Virus record (IMG/VR): IMGVR_UViG_3300028833_000058
Direction: 5' to 3' (one strand)
Length of the DNA: 64,000 bases
DNA from: a virus
Taxonomy: Duplodnaviria; Caudoviricetes
How positions within the stretch are numbered: position 1 is the first letter of the stretch; every line of letters starts with the position of its first letter. A program made the translations under genes and the position numbers. Under the pieces are notes generated by a model. That model ran no database searches, was not told the origin of the DNA, and saw only the letters and a list, made by a program, of their open reading frames with translations. Positions 36,011-45,352 of the stretch are shown here, in pieces.

Positions 36011-36319
36011 ATGGAAGAAAAGAAGAAAGTTACTAAAGAAGATATACTTGAATTAGTTGGTGATTTACAAAAGAATGTCATGAAGAATGATATTGTTAAT
36101 TACCATAATGGTTCTATTCATGCATTAGAATCTTTAAGACATATGTTCATAGAAGGTGATTATGGAAAATATATTGCACGTGAAGAATTAATCAATGAGA
36201 TTATTCCTAATTGTATCCAAATAGTCATAGAAGAACGTGATAATTTGTTAGCACGTGTTAATGAAGACGAAAATGTTGAAGATATCGCTAAACCTGAAAA
36301 ACCAATATTGTACAATTGA
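36011..36319 (+). CDS. paralogue family B member 4
   Basis: YHNGSIHALESLRHMF..IIP..EERDNLL. Confidence 0.75.
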   Translation: MEEKKKVTKEDILELVGDLQKNVMKNDIVNYHNGSIHALESLRHMFIEGDYGKYIAREELINEIIPNCIQIVIEERDNLLARVNEDENVEDIAKPEKPILYN

Positions 36320-36344
36320 TTTTATATGTGAAAGTAGGTATACT

Positions 36345-36623
36345 ATGGATAAAGATGAGATAGTTTTTACTTTAGATTGGTACGGAATATTCTTAACAAG
36401 GGCCAATGGGATTCTTATGAAGTATCTTCCGTGGTTTGCCGATTCATATAGAGTCATCAGCTTGAATCTGTCATCAAGAAGTGATACACAGGTCATCTGT
36501 ATATGTGAAAAGATAAACTTTGATACAGATAGAATGGATACAATATGTGTGGCTATACCATATAAGTATCTTCTTAGTGATAAAATATCTTATGTACGTA
36601 AGAAAGATTTAACAGTTTTGTAA
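36345..36623 (+). CDS. hypothetical protein
   Basis: Likely start MDKDEIV. Confidence 0.55.
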   Translation: MDKDEIVFTLDWYGIFLTRANGILMKYLPWFADSYRVISLNLSSRSDTQVICICEKINFDTDRMDTICVAIPYKYLLSDKISYVRKKDLTVL

Positions 36624-36851
36624 GTCTTCGATGTTTATCGTGTACATCTCTTCTACATAATCATTGCAAGGGGGTATACAGAAATCTACCTTGACAGTAA
36701 TTTGACCACCACCAGCGTTAGCAATACTACCAATGAACATTGGACAGTTTCTATAGTAACTACTTTTCACTTTTTCTCTTATTACTTTTTCTATGGATTC
36801 GTAAATCTTAGTTCTTAACGTAAAATAAGTGTAAACGTCTTCTTTATTCAT
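36609..36851 (-). CDS. hypothetical protein
   Basis: End of minus-strand operon. Confidence 0.6.
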   Translation of the reverse strand: MNKEDVYTYFTLRTKIYESIEKVIREKVKSSYYRNCPMFIGSIANAGGGQITVKVDFCIPPCNDYVEEMYTINIEDLQNC

Positions 36852-37266
36852 GAATTTTCTTTCCCTCTATAGTGAATTCTTGGTTATTATTTAATGTTAT
36901 CAATACTTCATACGTTTTGTCAATCAAATCTTTTGGTATCCGTTTGTCATTCTTTTTACTCTTATAGGCTCCCAATTGTAAAGACAACAGAAAAATTCTA
37001 TCGTCAGTTATGTTTAGGTGCATAGGCACTAAAGTCTCATTTGTTATTCGTGGTAAACTTTCGTGAAATGAAAATGTTGTTAAGCATTGAAACATTTTTG
37101 TATATACGAATAGACATATATTCATGCTGTCGTCATGTATAGAAATGTGAAAATGTTCATTGGCAAAAATTATTTCTAGAGTATATCCATCTTTTGTGGA
37201 TATACATTCAAAACCAGCTTCGTTTCCGTGTTCACGAATAGTATCAAATTTAAATGGATTGTTCAT
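36844..37266 (-). CDS. paralogue family C member 1
   Basis: NITDDRIFLLSLQLGAYKSK..IP..YEVL..NNQEF. Confidence 0.75.
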   Translation of the reverse strand: MNNPFKFDTIREHGNEAGFECISTKDGYTLEIIFANEHFHISIHDDSMNICLFVYTKMFQCLTTFSFHESLPRITNETLVPMHLNITDDRIFLLSLQLGAYKSKKNDKRIPKDLIDKTYEVLITLNNNQEFTIEGKKIHE

Positions 37267-37699
37267 TGAACCTAACTACCGATTCTTCATTTGAGATAAC
37301 CTCAAATTCTTGATTATTAGACATCATTATTAATAACTCATAAGCTTTATTAATCATGCGATTTGGAATACGTTTGTTAGTTATGTTACTTTTATAAGCT
37401 CCTAACTTAATACTCTCTGTTAATATTTCGTCATTTGTGATGTTTGGACAAGACGACTTGAAGTTATTGTATGTATACAAATTGTTTTTGAACTCATAAG
37501 AAAAAATTGTGAAATGATTTTCTCTTATAAAAAGACATTTGTTTATACTTTCATTTTTACTGTTTAGTTTATTATTAAGCGATAGCTTGTAATCACCATC
37601 TATATCGTAAAAGAATAAAGACGAGTAGTTATTTGTGTCATATATCCTACACGATTTGTCAAATGTAATTGTCTTTACCATTGAAATAAACCCAGGCAT
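37250..37699 (-). CDS. paralogue family C member 2
   Basis: NITNDEILTESIKLGAYKS..IP..YELL..NNQEF. Confidence 0.75.
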   Translation of the reverse strand: MPGFISMVKTITFDKSCRIYDTNNYSSLFFYDIDGDYKLSLNNKLNSKNESINKCLFIRENHFTIFSYEFKNNLYTYNNFKSSCPNITNDEILTESIKLGAYKSNITNKRIPNRMINKAYELLIMMSNNQEFEVISNEESVVRFNEQSI

Positions 37700-38114
37700 T
37701 GTTGTTTAAACTTACTTTAAATGGTTGTTCGTTATAAATACAGTTTAATAATTCATAAGACTGATTTATAATTTTTTCTGGAATAGCTTTACCATCTGTT
37801 TTTCTCTTATAAGCTCCAAGATACACAGATAATATAAAAATGTCATCGTTGTTTATGTTTTTATCTATAACCTTATTTGTTTTATTTAACTCTGGACTTG
37901 TCATTAAATGATTATGTCGTAAACTATAATAAAATAAAGTTGAATTCGATGAGTTTATATCTATCATACTTATAGTAAGATTTGTTTCATCATGTTGAGC
38001 GTTAAAACATATAGCGTATCCTTCTTCAACTGTTGTAAAATAGAACGATACGCTATACTGTCTAACACTTGTTCTACTAATATCATCAAATTCAAAACTT
38101 TTATAATCAATCAT
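37659..38114 (-). CDS. paralogue family C member 3
   Basis: NINNDDIFILSVYLGAYKRK..IP..YELL..NEQPF. Confidence 0.75.
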   Translation of the reverse strand: MIDYKSFEFDDISRTSVRQYSVSFYFTTVEEGYAICFNAQHDETNLTISMIDINSSNSTLFYYSLRHNHLMTSPELNKTNKVIDKNINNDDIFILSVYLGAYKRKTDGKAIPEKIINQSYELLNCIYNEQPFKVSLNNNAWVYFNGKDNYI

Positions 38115-38799
38115 TGAATTTTATCAACTCTTTATAAGGTGCTGATATCTTAGATAACTCTTCACGCATCTGGGTTAAATCCTGAAAGTCGTTTCTGTCA
38201 TCCATTGTGTATCTAACGTAATAAGCGATGACTAATTGTCTGGCTGTCAATTTACCATGACCTTGTTTTTTGGCCAATAAAAGAATCTTTTTAATTTTAT
38301 CTTGAGTAGTTAACTCTTTGTTTAACTTGATTAGATTATCCAACATGTAATCATCTTTTTTCAAACAAGCTATAGAAAAATCTCGTTCTTTCTCACTTGC
38401 TTCAAATTGACCATTCAACGCTGCTCTTTGCTCTTCGTCACGTAAGTATTTTTTAACTCTATTTATGATTACCTTAGTGAAATTCTTATTCCATTGCTCA
38501 CTGTCAGTGTTTCTTAACATATTAAGATTTGAAAAAGAAGAAGTTACATAATCTTTGACACGTTCTTTTGGGATGTACCAATATTTTTTATTATGAGCAC
38601 TTGTTCTTTCCATGACTTGTGGAAACTGTACTTTCACGCTGTCTTTCATACGTACAGCAGTTCTTTTGGATACAGCGAATCTTTTCATGATGTCCTCTAT
38701 GGTAACACCTTTTTCAGAATCCTGCATCCATAGAACTAAATCGAGTAAAACTCTAGTCTTTTTATAGAAGATATCATTCAATTGTGTATCTGCTTTCAT
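38107..38799 (-). CDS. DriD/WYL-regulator-type N-terminal wHTH fused to a family D domain (no WYL domain)
   Basis: LLDLVLWMQDSEKGVTIEDIMKRFAVSKRTAVRMKDSV..FPQ..KYWYIP. Confidence 0.72.
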   Translation of the reverse strand: MKADTQLNDIFYKKTRVLLDLVLWMQDSEKGVTIEDIMKRFAVSKRTAVRMKDSVKVQFPQVMERTSAHNKKYWYIPKERVKDYVTSSFSNLNMLRNTDSEQWNKNFTKVIINRVKKYLRDEEQRAALNGQFEASEKERDFSIACLKKDDYMLDNLIKLNKELTTQDKIKKILLLAKKQGHGKLTARQLVIAYYVRYTMDDRNDFQDLTQMREELSKISAPYKELIKFND

Positions 38800-39124
38800 C
38801 GAATGGAACTTTCTTTAAAATGTTTTCTCTGTATTCTGGATGAGTTTTCTTATACTGTTCCTCATCTTTTACCATTTTATTTAACTTTGCTTGAATTTGA
38901 TTTACAGTTTTTCTATCTTTTCCTCTTTGGTTATACATTCTATCGTAAGCAACAACAACTTCTTCTAAAGTAAGTGAATGTATACCCCTATCTTTAGCGA
39001 TATCAAACAAGTGATAAATTCTGTCACCAAATACATCTTTTCTGATTATTTCAAGTCCAAGTTTACGTTTTACATCTTGGGTTAAATCACTTGAATCAAA
39101 GATTGACTCGTCATAATTTTTCAT
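38774..39124 (-). CDS. family D putative winged-helix protein
   Basis: RIYHLFDIAK..SLTLEEVVVAY. Confidence 0.7.
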   Translation of the reverse strand: MKNYDESIFDSSDLTQDVKRKLGLEIIRKDVFGDRIYHLFDIAKDRGIHSLTLEEVVVAYDRMYNQRGKDRKTVNQIQAKLNKMVKDEEQYKKTHPEYRENILKKVPFDESRYTIE

Positions 39125-39143
39125 TTTAATATCCTTTCAAAAA

Positions 39144-39821
39144 TTAGTATTCTAACAATGTAAATGTACCAACAGCACCTTTTACTCTTACGATACATTT
39201 GTTTTTAGCACTTTTTATTTTATTTGTTTCTAAGTAATATATCTTGTTTGCAATTTGATGTTTCGTCTTTTGGCCATCTCTACCAAAAGAAGTATAAACT
39301 TTGTAATAAGCTGCTGTAACTTGGTCTATTGTTAAGGATTTCATGTTGAACATCTCAGCAAGGTCAAACAAATTAAAAATCTTGCTTGTAAAATCATCTT
39401 CTACTTCTCTTTTCAATCCAGCTCTGATTTTTATATCAACATCAGAAATGTTTGTCATATCGAATAGATTGTCAGGTGCATCAAAATGTTTATCAAGTTT
39501 AATTTCTACTTTCTTGTTTTCTTCAACTAATGTATTGAACATTTCTTTTTTAGACTGTACTTTTTTATTAACAATCTCTTTTACTTCACTCTTTGAGATG
39601 ACATTAGTTTTAGATTTATCATTTATGACCTTGTTTTCATCCTTGCGTGGTTCAATGGATTTAACTTTCTTTGGTTCTGGAATAATATCTCTAGCAAGTG
39701 CATCTGGAAAAACAGCAATTTCGTCTCTTTTCCTTCTGAAAAAAGGAAATGAATCAAAACATCCTTCTATCCTGTTTAGCAAACCACTTTCATCTTTCGT
39801 TTTCGACATAGTTTTTGGCAT
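39144..39821 (-). CDS. family D putative winged-helix protein with long N-terminus
   Basis: KIFNLFDLAE..SLTIDQVTAAYY. Confidence 0.7.
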   Translation of the reverse strand: MPKTMSKTKDESGLLNRIEGCFDSFPFFRRKRDEIAVFPDALARDIIPEPKKVKSIEPRKDENKVINDKSKTNVISKSEVKEIVNKKVQSKKEMFNTLVEENKKVEIKLDKHFDAPDNLFDMTNISDVDIKIRAGLKREVEDDFTSKIFNLFDLAEMFNMKSLTIDQVTAAYYKVYTSFGRDGQKTKHQIANKIYYLETNKIKSAKNKCIVRVKGAVGTFTLLEY

Positions 39822-39900
39822 TATTGATTTCCTTTCATATAAAAATTAGAATTTCTGACAAAAACTATAACATTAAAAATGAAAAAGTAAAGTTATTTTT

Positions 39901-40239
39901 TTAATCATCGTTTATGAAAAAGTAAATTTTATTAACGTCCCATATATTTTTATCTTTTATTTCAGCTAGATACTTTTCATAACTTTGTTTATTTTCACAC
40001 CACATATAAGCTTCTTCTTTACCACAGTCGTACAATACACCATAGGTACCTTTTTGTGGTAAACCCTCGACTTTTCTTAATTCAACTGGTTTTAACTCTT
40101 CTTCTGATTTAATCAAGTCTGGTTTTATAAATACAAACAATGGTAACGTTATAACAAATATTGTCAGAATGGCCATGACTAATACAAGAAATGGAACTGA
40201 TAAACAAGTTATAATTGTATTGTATAATCGTTTCTTCAT
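39901..40239 (-). CDS. membrane-anchored hypothetical protein
   Basis: N-terminal TM segment. Confidence 0.7.
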   Translation of the reverse strand: MKKRLYNTIITCLSVPFLVLVMAILTIFVITLPLFVFIKPDLIKSEEELKPVELRKVEGLPQKGTYGVLYDCGKEEAYMWCENKQSYEKYLAEIKDKNIWDVNKIYFFINDD

Positions 40240-40241
40240 CT

Positions 40242-40685
40242 TTAGATTCCTTCTCTTTTCAAGTTAGTAAATCTTTCTGTGAGATAATCAACAACTTCTT
40301 GCCATTTCTCACCATGAATACCGCCATTACAATAACCTTGGTCTGCTGACCACATGTGATACCAGTCTTGTGGTATTCTTTCATCAGTAATTGCAATAAA
40401 CGGATATTTTTCATCTACTTGGAACATAGTAATTTCAACTTTATTGTCTAAAAGAAATCTACTTATTGCTTCTCTAAAATTTTCACAATTAAAGTTACAT
40501 ACCATAAATCCTAGTCCCATTCCTTCTTCAGCCATAGATTCGTTTAAATTTGGAATTTGGTACTCTTTTTTTACACTCATTGAAAAATAGTTACCATATG
40601 ACAAAGGATAATCTTTACTTAGAATTCCAACTAAAGAATATGTAGCAACGTTTGCAGAAACTTTTATTTCACGTATTTTAATCAT
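40242..40685 (-). CDS. hypothetical protein
   Basis: ORF in operon. Confidence 0.7.
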   Translation of the reverse strand: MIKIREIKVSANVATYSLVGILSKDYPLSYGNYFSMSVKKEYQIPNLNESMAEEGMGLGFMVCNFNCENFREAISRFLLDNKVEITMFQVDEKYPFIAITDERIPQDWYHMWSADQGYCNGGIHGEKWQEVVDYLTERFTNLKREGI

Positions 40686-40896
40686 TTTCTTTAGATTCCT
40701 TCCATTCTACAGGTGTATTACAACGAGAACAATCTAAATGGGAATTCCCATTTTCATCAAACCATTGATATAACATATCAACTTCTTTTTTACATTTTGG
40801 ACAATAAAAATATGTAGAGTTACATCCCTTATATCCTACGAGTATTTCATCTTCAAGTTCTATCAATTTTACATCTGTTGCTTTATACATACCCAA
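40678..40896 (-). CDS. small zinc-ribbon protein
   Basis: CPKC..CSRC. Confidence 0.65.
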   Translation of the reverse strand: MGMYKATDVKLIELEDEILVGYKGCNSTYFYCPKCKKEVDMLYQWFDENGNSHLDCSRCNTPVEWKESKEND

Positions 40897-40927
40897 TTCC
40901 TTTCAACTATGTCGTTATTAAACTTAT

Positions 40928-41434
40928 CTACTTTTCCAATATCTCAAAGAACAATCTACCATCTGTTAATTGACTGTGAACAAACCAAGATGTATTAAAC
41001 CAGCAACTTCCTTTACTATTAAAATCACATCTTTTATCCAAAGCAATTAGACCAATACCATTTTTAAACAACTTGTGTCTCTTGGTTCCCTCAAGTGCAG
41101 TCATAGGAAGTAATAAGGCAAATGGTTTTTTCAATTCATAACACCTTTTTATAATATCGTCCTTCAAGCTGTAGGGCGGGTTCGTAACAATCATGTCATA
41201 TCCTTCTGGTTCGCATTTGAAGAAATCTTTACCTTCGTCTTTATGACTGTAAATAATGTCGTAACCAAAAGAAAGTAGTTCTTGAACAATGTTACTTTCT
41301 AATGTATCACAAGGACACCATACAGTTTTGACGTTATTTGGAATGTAATTTAAAAGTGGTTTGATAGCATAAGCTGGTGTATAGAGCTCATCGAACGCTC
41401 CTCTTTTAATGTAATCAAGCATTGCCTTTTTCAT
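40928..41434 (-). CDS. phage DNA amino-methyltransferase (NPPY)
   Basis: DELYTP, VWCPCD, GKDFF, IVTNPPYS, FALLLP. Confidence 0.8.
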   Translation of the reverse strand: MKKAMLDYIKRGAFDELYTPAYAIKPLLNYIPNNVKTVWCPCDTLESNIVQELLSFGYDIIYSHKDEGKDFFKCEPEGYDMIVTNPPYSLKDDIIKRCYELKKPFALLLPMTALEGTKRHKLFKNGIGLIALDKRCDFNSKGSCWFNTSWFVHSQLTDGRLFFEILEK

Positions 41435-42161
41435 TTATCCTATCCTCCGCTATATTAAAATAAGTTTCATTAAGTTCAATACCAATAAAATCTCTATTTA
41501 ATTTTTTACAAGCAACACCAGTAGTTCCGCTCCCCATTGTGAAATCAAGCACTATGTCTCCTTCATCGGTATAGGTCTTTACCAAATATTCCATTAGTTC
41601 CAATGGTTTCTGTGTTGGATGTAAATTACTTGTTAGAATATCTCTTTTAAATTGAATAACTTGTAGTGGATAACGTAAACCGTTATCTTTATATTGGTTC
41701 GGTTGCTTATTTCCAGAATCCACTAATAAACCTAATTTACCATTTTTAATTTTATTGGTTCTCAATGGTCCATCATGTTTAATCATCTGTGGATTATAGG
41801 TTGGTTGTTTGTCATAGAACACACAAATGTTTTCAATGACTTTTGCTGGTCTTTTCTTTAACTGAAATATATTTGTAGCTCTTTCTTTCTGCCAATACCA
41901 GTCATATTTATAGGCAGTCAAATTACTTTCTCTTAGAGCAGATGAAAACGGTTCGTTGCCAAAAAGACATACAACAGCGTCATCTTTTTTAATTCTGTTT
42001 ATGCAATCCCACATTGGTACAAACGGTATAGCTTTATCCCATGAACATCTTGTAATTTCGTAAGGTATATCTGTGATAACGGCATCGACTTTAATCCCAT
42101 CTCCAATGAGAGTATTCATCACTTCTATACAATCACCATTGTAAAGCTGAATATTACTCAT
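41415..42161 (-). CDS. site-specific DNA methyltransferase (N6/N4, beta class)
   Basis: LYNGDC, ITDIPY, HPTQKP, VLDFTMGSGTTG, FIGIE. Confidence 0.9.
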   Translation of the reverse strand: MSNIQLYNGDCIEVMNTLIGDGIKVDAVITDIPYEITRCSWDKAIPFVPMWDCINRIKKDDAVVCLFGNEPFSSALRESNLTAYKYDWYWQKERATNIFQLKKRPAKVIENICVFYDKQPTYNPQMIKHDGPLRTNKIKNGKLGLLVDSGNKQPNQYKDNGLRYPLQVIQFKRDILTSNLHPTQKPLELMEYLVKTYTDEGDIVLDFTMGSGTTGVACKKLNRDFIGIELNETYFNIAEDRINEKGNA

Positions 42162-42882
42162 TTTCTATCCTTTCTTTTGCGATATCAAAATAAGTTTTAT
42201 TAGCTTCGATACCTATAAAATTACGATTTAATCTTTTAGCAGCAACCCCTGTACTACCAGAACCCATACAAAAATCTAACACTGTATCACCTTCGTTTGT
42301 AATCATTTCGATACATCTTTCCATAAGAGCAACTGGTTTTTGAGTTGGGTGATTAACTTTTTCTTTACTGTTATGAGGTAACGCAGGTATATCAGACCAT
42401 ACATCAGACAACGTAATTCCATCTTTTAAGTAACCTGTTGTATATTCTGGTCTTTTACTATCAACTTTAATCTTAATGTTGTTAAATGTATAATTCTTTT
42501 TATCTTTAGTGTAATAACAAATCGGTTCATAACCAGATGCCAATGCTTTACCTCTTGTGTTGTTAAAAGCTCTTTTTCTTGACCAGATTATAATTCGTTT
42601 TTCGTAAAACGTTTTATCTAGCTCATAACAGATTTGACGATTATATTGTCGTCCTGTAAAAATTAACAAAGAACCATCTTCTTTAAGTAAATTATAACAA
42701 TAGTTAAAACAACTGTTACACCAACCAAGGTAATCAGATAAATCTCTCCATTGATTATCCCAGTCATTTTTAACAACTTGAAAATAAGGTATGTCTGTGA
42801 TAACAGCGTCAACTTTTACATGGGTATTCATGTCTTTTAAAATTTGATAACAGTCGACATTATAAAGTTTTATATCACTCAC
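42154..42882 (-). CDS. site-specific DNA methyltransferase (N6/N4, beta class)
   Basis: ITDIPY, SDVW, HPTQKP, VLDFCMGSGSTG. Confidence 0.9.
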   Translation of the reverse strand: MSDIKLYNVDCYQILKDMNTHVKVDAVITDIPYFQVVKNDWDNQWRDLSDYLGWCNSCFNYCYNLLKEDGSLLIFTGRQYNRQICYELDKTFYEKRIIIWSRKRAFNNTRGKALASGYEPICYYTKDKKNYTFNNIKIKVDSKRPEYTTGYLKDGITLSDVWSDIPALPHNSKEKVNHPTQKPVALMERCIEMITNEGDTVLDFCMGSGSTGVAAKRLNRNFIGIEANKTYFDIAKERIENE

Positions 42883-42976
42883 TTTTCAATTTCCATACAA
42901 TTGTAATCGATTCTAAGATTAGATTAGTAAATGATAATTGAAAACTAAAGTCAATTTTATCGTTATACCCAAATTT

Positions 42977-43501
42977 CTACGTTAAATTTAAGCAATCTTT
43001 AAATGGCCAATGTTCATCTTTCCAACTAACTATGAACGGGTAGTTGAGCAACATACCGATTCGCAATATAGGAAACTCTTCCATCAATTTGTCAAATATG
43101 AGTTTATTCTTTTTATGACAAAAACATAAATAATTCCACCAATCATCAGGTAACCACATTGTAGCATTTGGCATATTCAATCTAAGGTCATCTTCGTATA
43201 AACAATGGTCTCTATCAAAATAAAGTCCATATTTATCATAATCAACATCACCATTAGCGGATTTGTAAGGTAACTCCACACGAAGTTCTGGTCTAATATT
43301 TGAATATTCCTTTAAAGTTACTTTATGACCTTTTACACCAAGATTGTCTAAAAAACGTTCTATTTTCTCAACAAGCAGATGACAAGCCATTCTACGAGCA
43401 TCTATGACATGATGTTCTTTCCAATCCCACTCTTCTTGTTTACCTGCATATTTTAGTGCATATTTGTATATTTCTTTAGCAACTTCTTCGTTGTATGGCA
43501 T
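42977..43501 (-). CDS. hypothetical protein
   Basis: ORF in operon. Confidence 0.7.
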   Translation of the reverse strand: MPYNEEVAKEIYKYALKYAGKQEEWDWKEHHVIDARRMACHLLVEKIERFLDNLGVKGHKVTLKEYSNIRPELRVELPYKSANGDVDYDKYGLYFDRDHCLYEDDLRLNMPNATMWLPDDWWNYLCFCHKKNKLIFDKLMEEFPILRIGMLLNYPFIVSWKDEHWPFKDCLNLT

Positions 43502-43509
43502 GGATTGTC

Positions 43510-43890
43510 CTACTTTTTCATTTCTTTTGCAACAGGGTCAGGTGTTGTGTTTGAATAAGTTATAATAGGTTGTCTAATTTCTCTCCATGGGTCTACTGGA
43601 TTAACAGGGTCTCTTGGTGACACAGGAACAATTACTGGTGGAACAGGCATATTGTTTTTGGTGGTAACTTCTGCTTCTGTAACGTTTAAAATATCTAAAA
43701 TCTTATCAATAAGTTCATTTGTTGGTAAACTTGTAACTTTTTTGTTTATCGGAATTACAACTTCATAACCATTGTTTGTTATCTTCAAGTCATAATTTGT
43801 TCCAGATACTTTGTTGTTATCATCTACAACAGGTGTACAAATGATTTCAACTGTAGTAATAGGTTTGTAATTTTTGTCTTTTTTAGTCAT
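43510..43890 (-). CDS. hypothetical protein with Pro-rich C-terminus
   Basis: GGAG RBS. Confidence 0.7.
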   Translation of the reverse strand: MTKKDKNYKPITTVEIICTPVVDDNNKVSGTNYDLKITNNGYEVVIPINKKVTSLPTNELIDKILDILNVTEAEVTTKNNMPVPPVIVPVSPRDPVNPVDPWREIRQPIITYSNTTPDPVAKEMKK

Positions 43891-43906
43891 TGCTTATCTC
43901 CATGAT

Positions 43907-44659
43907 TTATTTTTCATCATATTCTTCAACTTCTAAATCTTCGTCATCATAAAGAAGATAACTGTCAATCTGATTTAAAAGAACATCTCTATCGTTTTCA
44001 CTTATATTACCAAGCTCAAACGCATTTTCTATATTAAATTTCATATATTCTCTACGTTCTTCAATTGTTTTACCTTTATCGTCATATAAAATCTCATCAC
44101 TATCATCTGTTTTTATCATATGCTTACGGATATTACCTTTTCTATCAAAGTAGTAATAAGCAACTGTTTTTCCATAATCGTAATAATGACAAATACCTAT
44201 CGTTGTGACTAAACTTTTTATGTGTGGTCCAACTAATTTAAAAAACTCATCAAGTGTTTCTGGTCTTCTTGGTAATGAAAGAATAGATACACCTATGTCT
44301 GGTAAAAGGTCATCTTCGTCAATCTTATTACCATCTTCATCTTCAAACCAACCGCGTTTTTCAAATAATTCGTTAGTATCAAGGTCATAAACATCCCATG
44401 TACTTAGTTGACAATGTTGAAAATCTACATTGTGATAAGCATCATTACGTTCAAGGTCATAAATAGCAGGATATTTTTCACCTAATTCTCTAATATCGTC
44501 ATCTTTAATTTTATTTGGATAATATTTTGTGTAATAATCAGTGAAACATGCAAGAATTAATTTCTTCATGTCTTTAGGCATTTCTGGTTTAATCTTGAAA
44601 GTTATTTGTACTAACGATGGGTCACTCATTTTCAATCCTTTCTTCAATGAATTTGTCAC
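43907..44659 (-). CDS. hypothetical protein
   Basis: ORF; true start probably MSDPS. Confidence 0.7.
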   Translation of the reverse strand: MTNSLKKGLKMSDPSLVQITFKIKPEMPKDMKKLILACFTDYYTKYYPNKIKDDDIRELGEKYPAIYDLERNDAYHNVDFQHCQLSTWDVYDLDTNELFEKRGWFEDEDGNKIDEDDLLPDIGVSILSLPRRPETLDEFFKLVGPHIKSLVTTIGICHYYDYGKTVAYYYFDRKGNIRKHMIKTDDSDEILYDDKGKTIEERREYMKFNIENAFELGNISENDRDVLLNQIDSYLLYDDEDLEVEEYDEK

Positions 44660-44852
44660 ATTGTAGTTTCATTTTAAATTGGCATAAATTTGAATCTGCT
44701 ACATATACTATTTCATTATATCGTGTAACAATCATCAAAGTCTTTTCATTACCAGTTTTAATATGATTCGTTGGAATAGCATAATATATACAATATCCTT
44801 TTCTTTCTGTCAACAATTTAAAAGTTATAGTATCGATACTCATTTTAATCAC
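44622..44852 (-). CDS. hypothetical protein
   Basis: ORF in operon. Confidence 0.6.
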   Translation of the reverse strand: MIKMSIDTITFKLLTERKGYCIYYAIPTNHIKTGNEKTLMIVTRYNEIVYVADSNLCQFKMKLQCDKFIEERIENE

Positions 44853-45328
44853 TATTTATAATCAATGTCTAACACACATGTTCTGTTAAATCCACCTGTT
44901 GTAAAATCACCATAGTCTATACAGTAAATTTTGCCGTGTTCATCTTTTTTAAAATTTTCTGGCTTTATATCGTTTATAACAAGATACGCTGTCTTTTCCC
45001 ACCATCTTTTTTCAATGTCTTCAATGAATTCACCTAAATCTTTTTGTAAAACCTCTTTCGGTAAATGTTTAACAACATTGACTAATCCAAGAAAACTAAA
45101 ATAACATGGACATAAAATAGGTGTTTGGTAAGTGTACTCCCAAGTATGACCCCATTGACACATTTTTTTACGTTGAACATAATATTTATAACGTTTTCTT
45201 TCTAGTACATTCATTATTATGCCACAAAGAAATCCCAAGAAAGGGTTACCGTTAAGTTTATCATATTTTGGAAACTTAAATCCGTAATTTCCTATATGGA
45301 AATAACATCTGTAAGCACCTTTTTTCAT
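44852..45328 (-). CDS. minimal protein-kinase-like protein
   Basis: KGAYR, GFKFPK (VAIK-like), NDIKPENF catalytic loop, CIDYG. Confidence 0.65.
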   Translation of the reverse strand: MKKGAYRCYFHIGNYGFKFPKYDKLNGNPFLGFLCGIIMNVLERKRYKYYVQRKKMCQWGHTWEYTYQTPILCPCYFSFLGLVNVVKHLPKEVLQKDLGEFIEDIEKRWWEKTAYLVINDIKPENFKKDEHGKIYCIDYGDFTTGGFNRTCVLDIDYK

Positions 45329-45352
45329 TTGTTTGACCCTCCCTTTTGCTAA

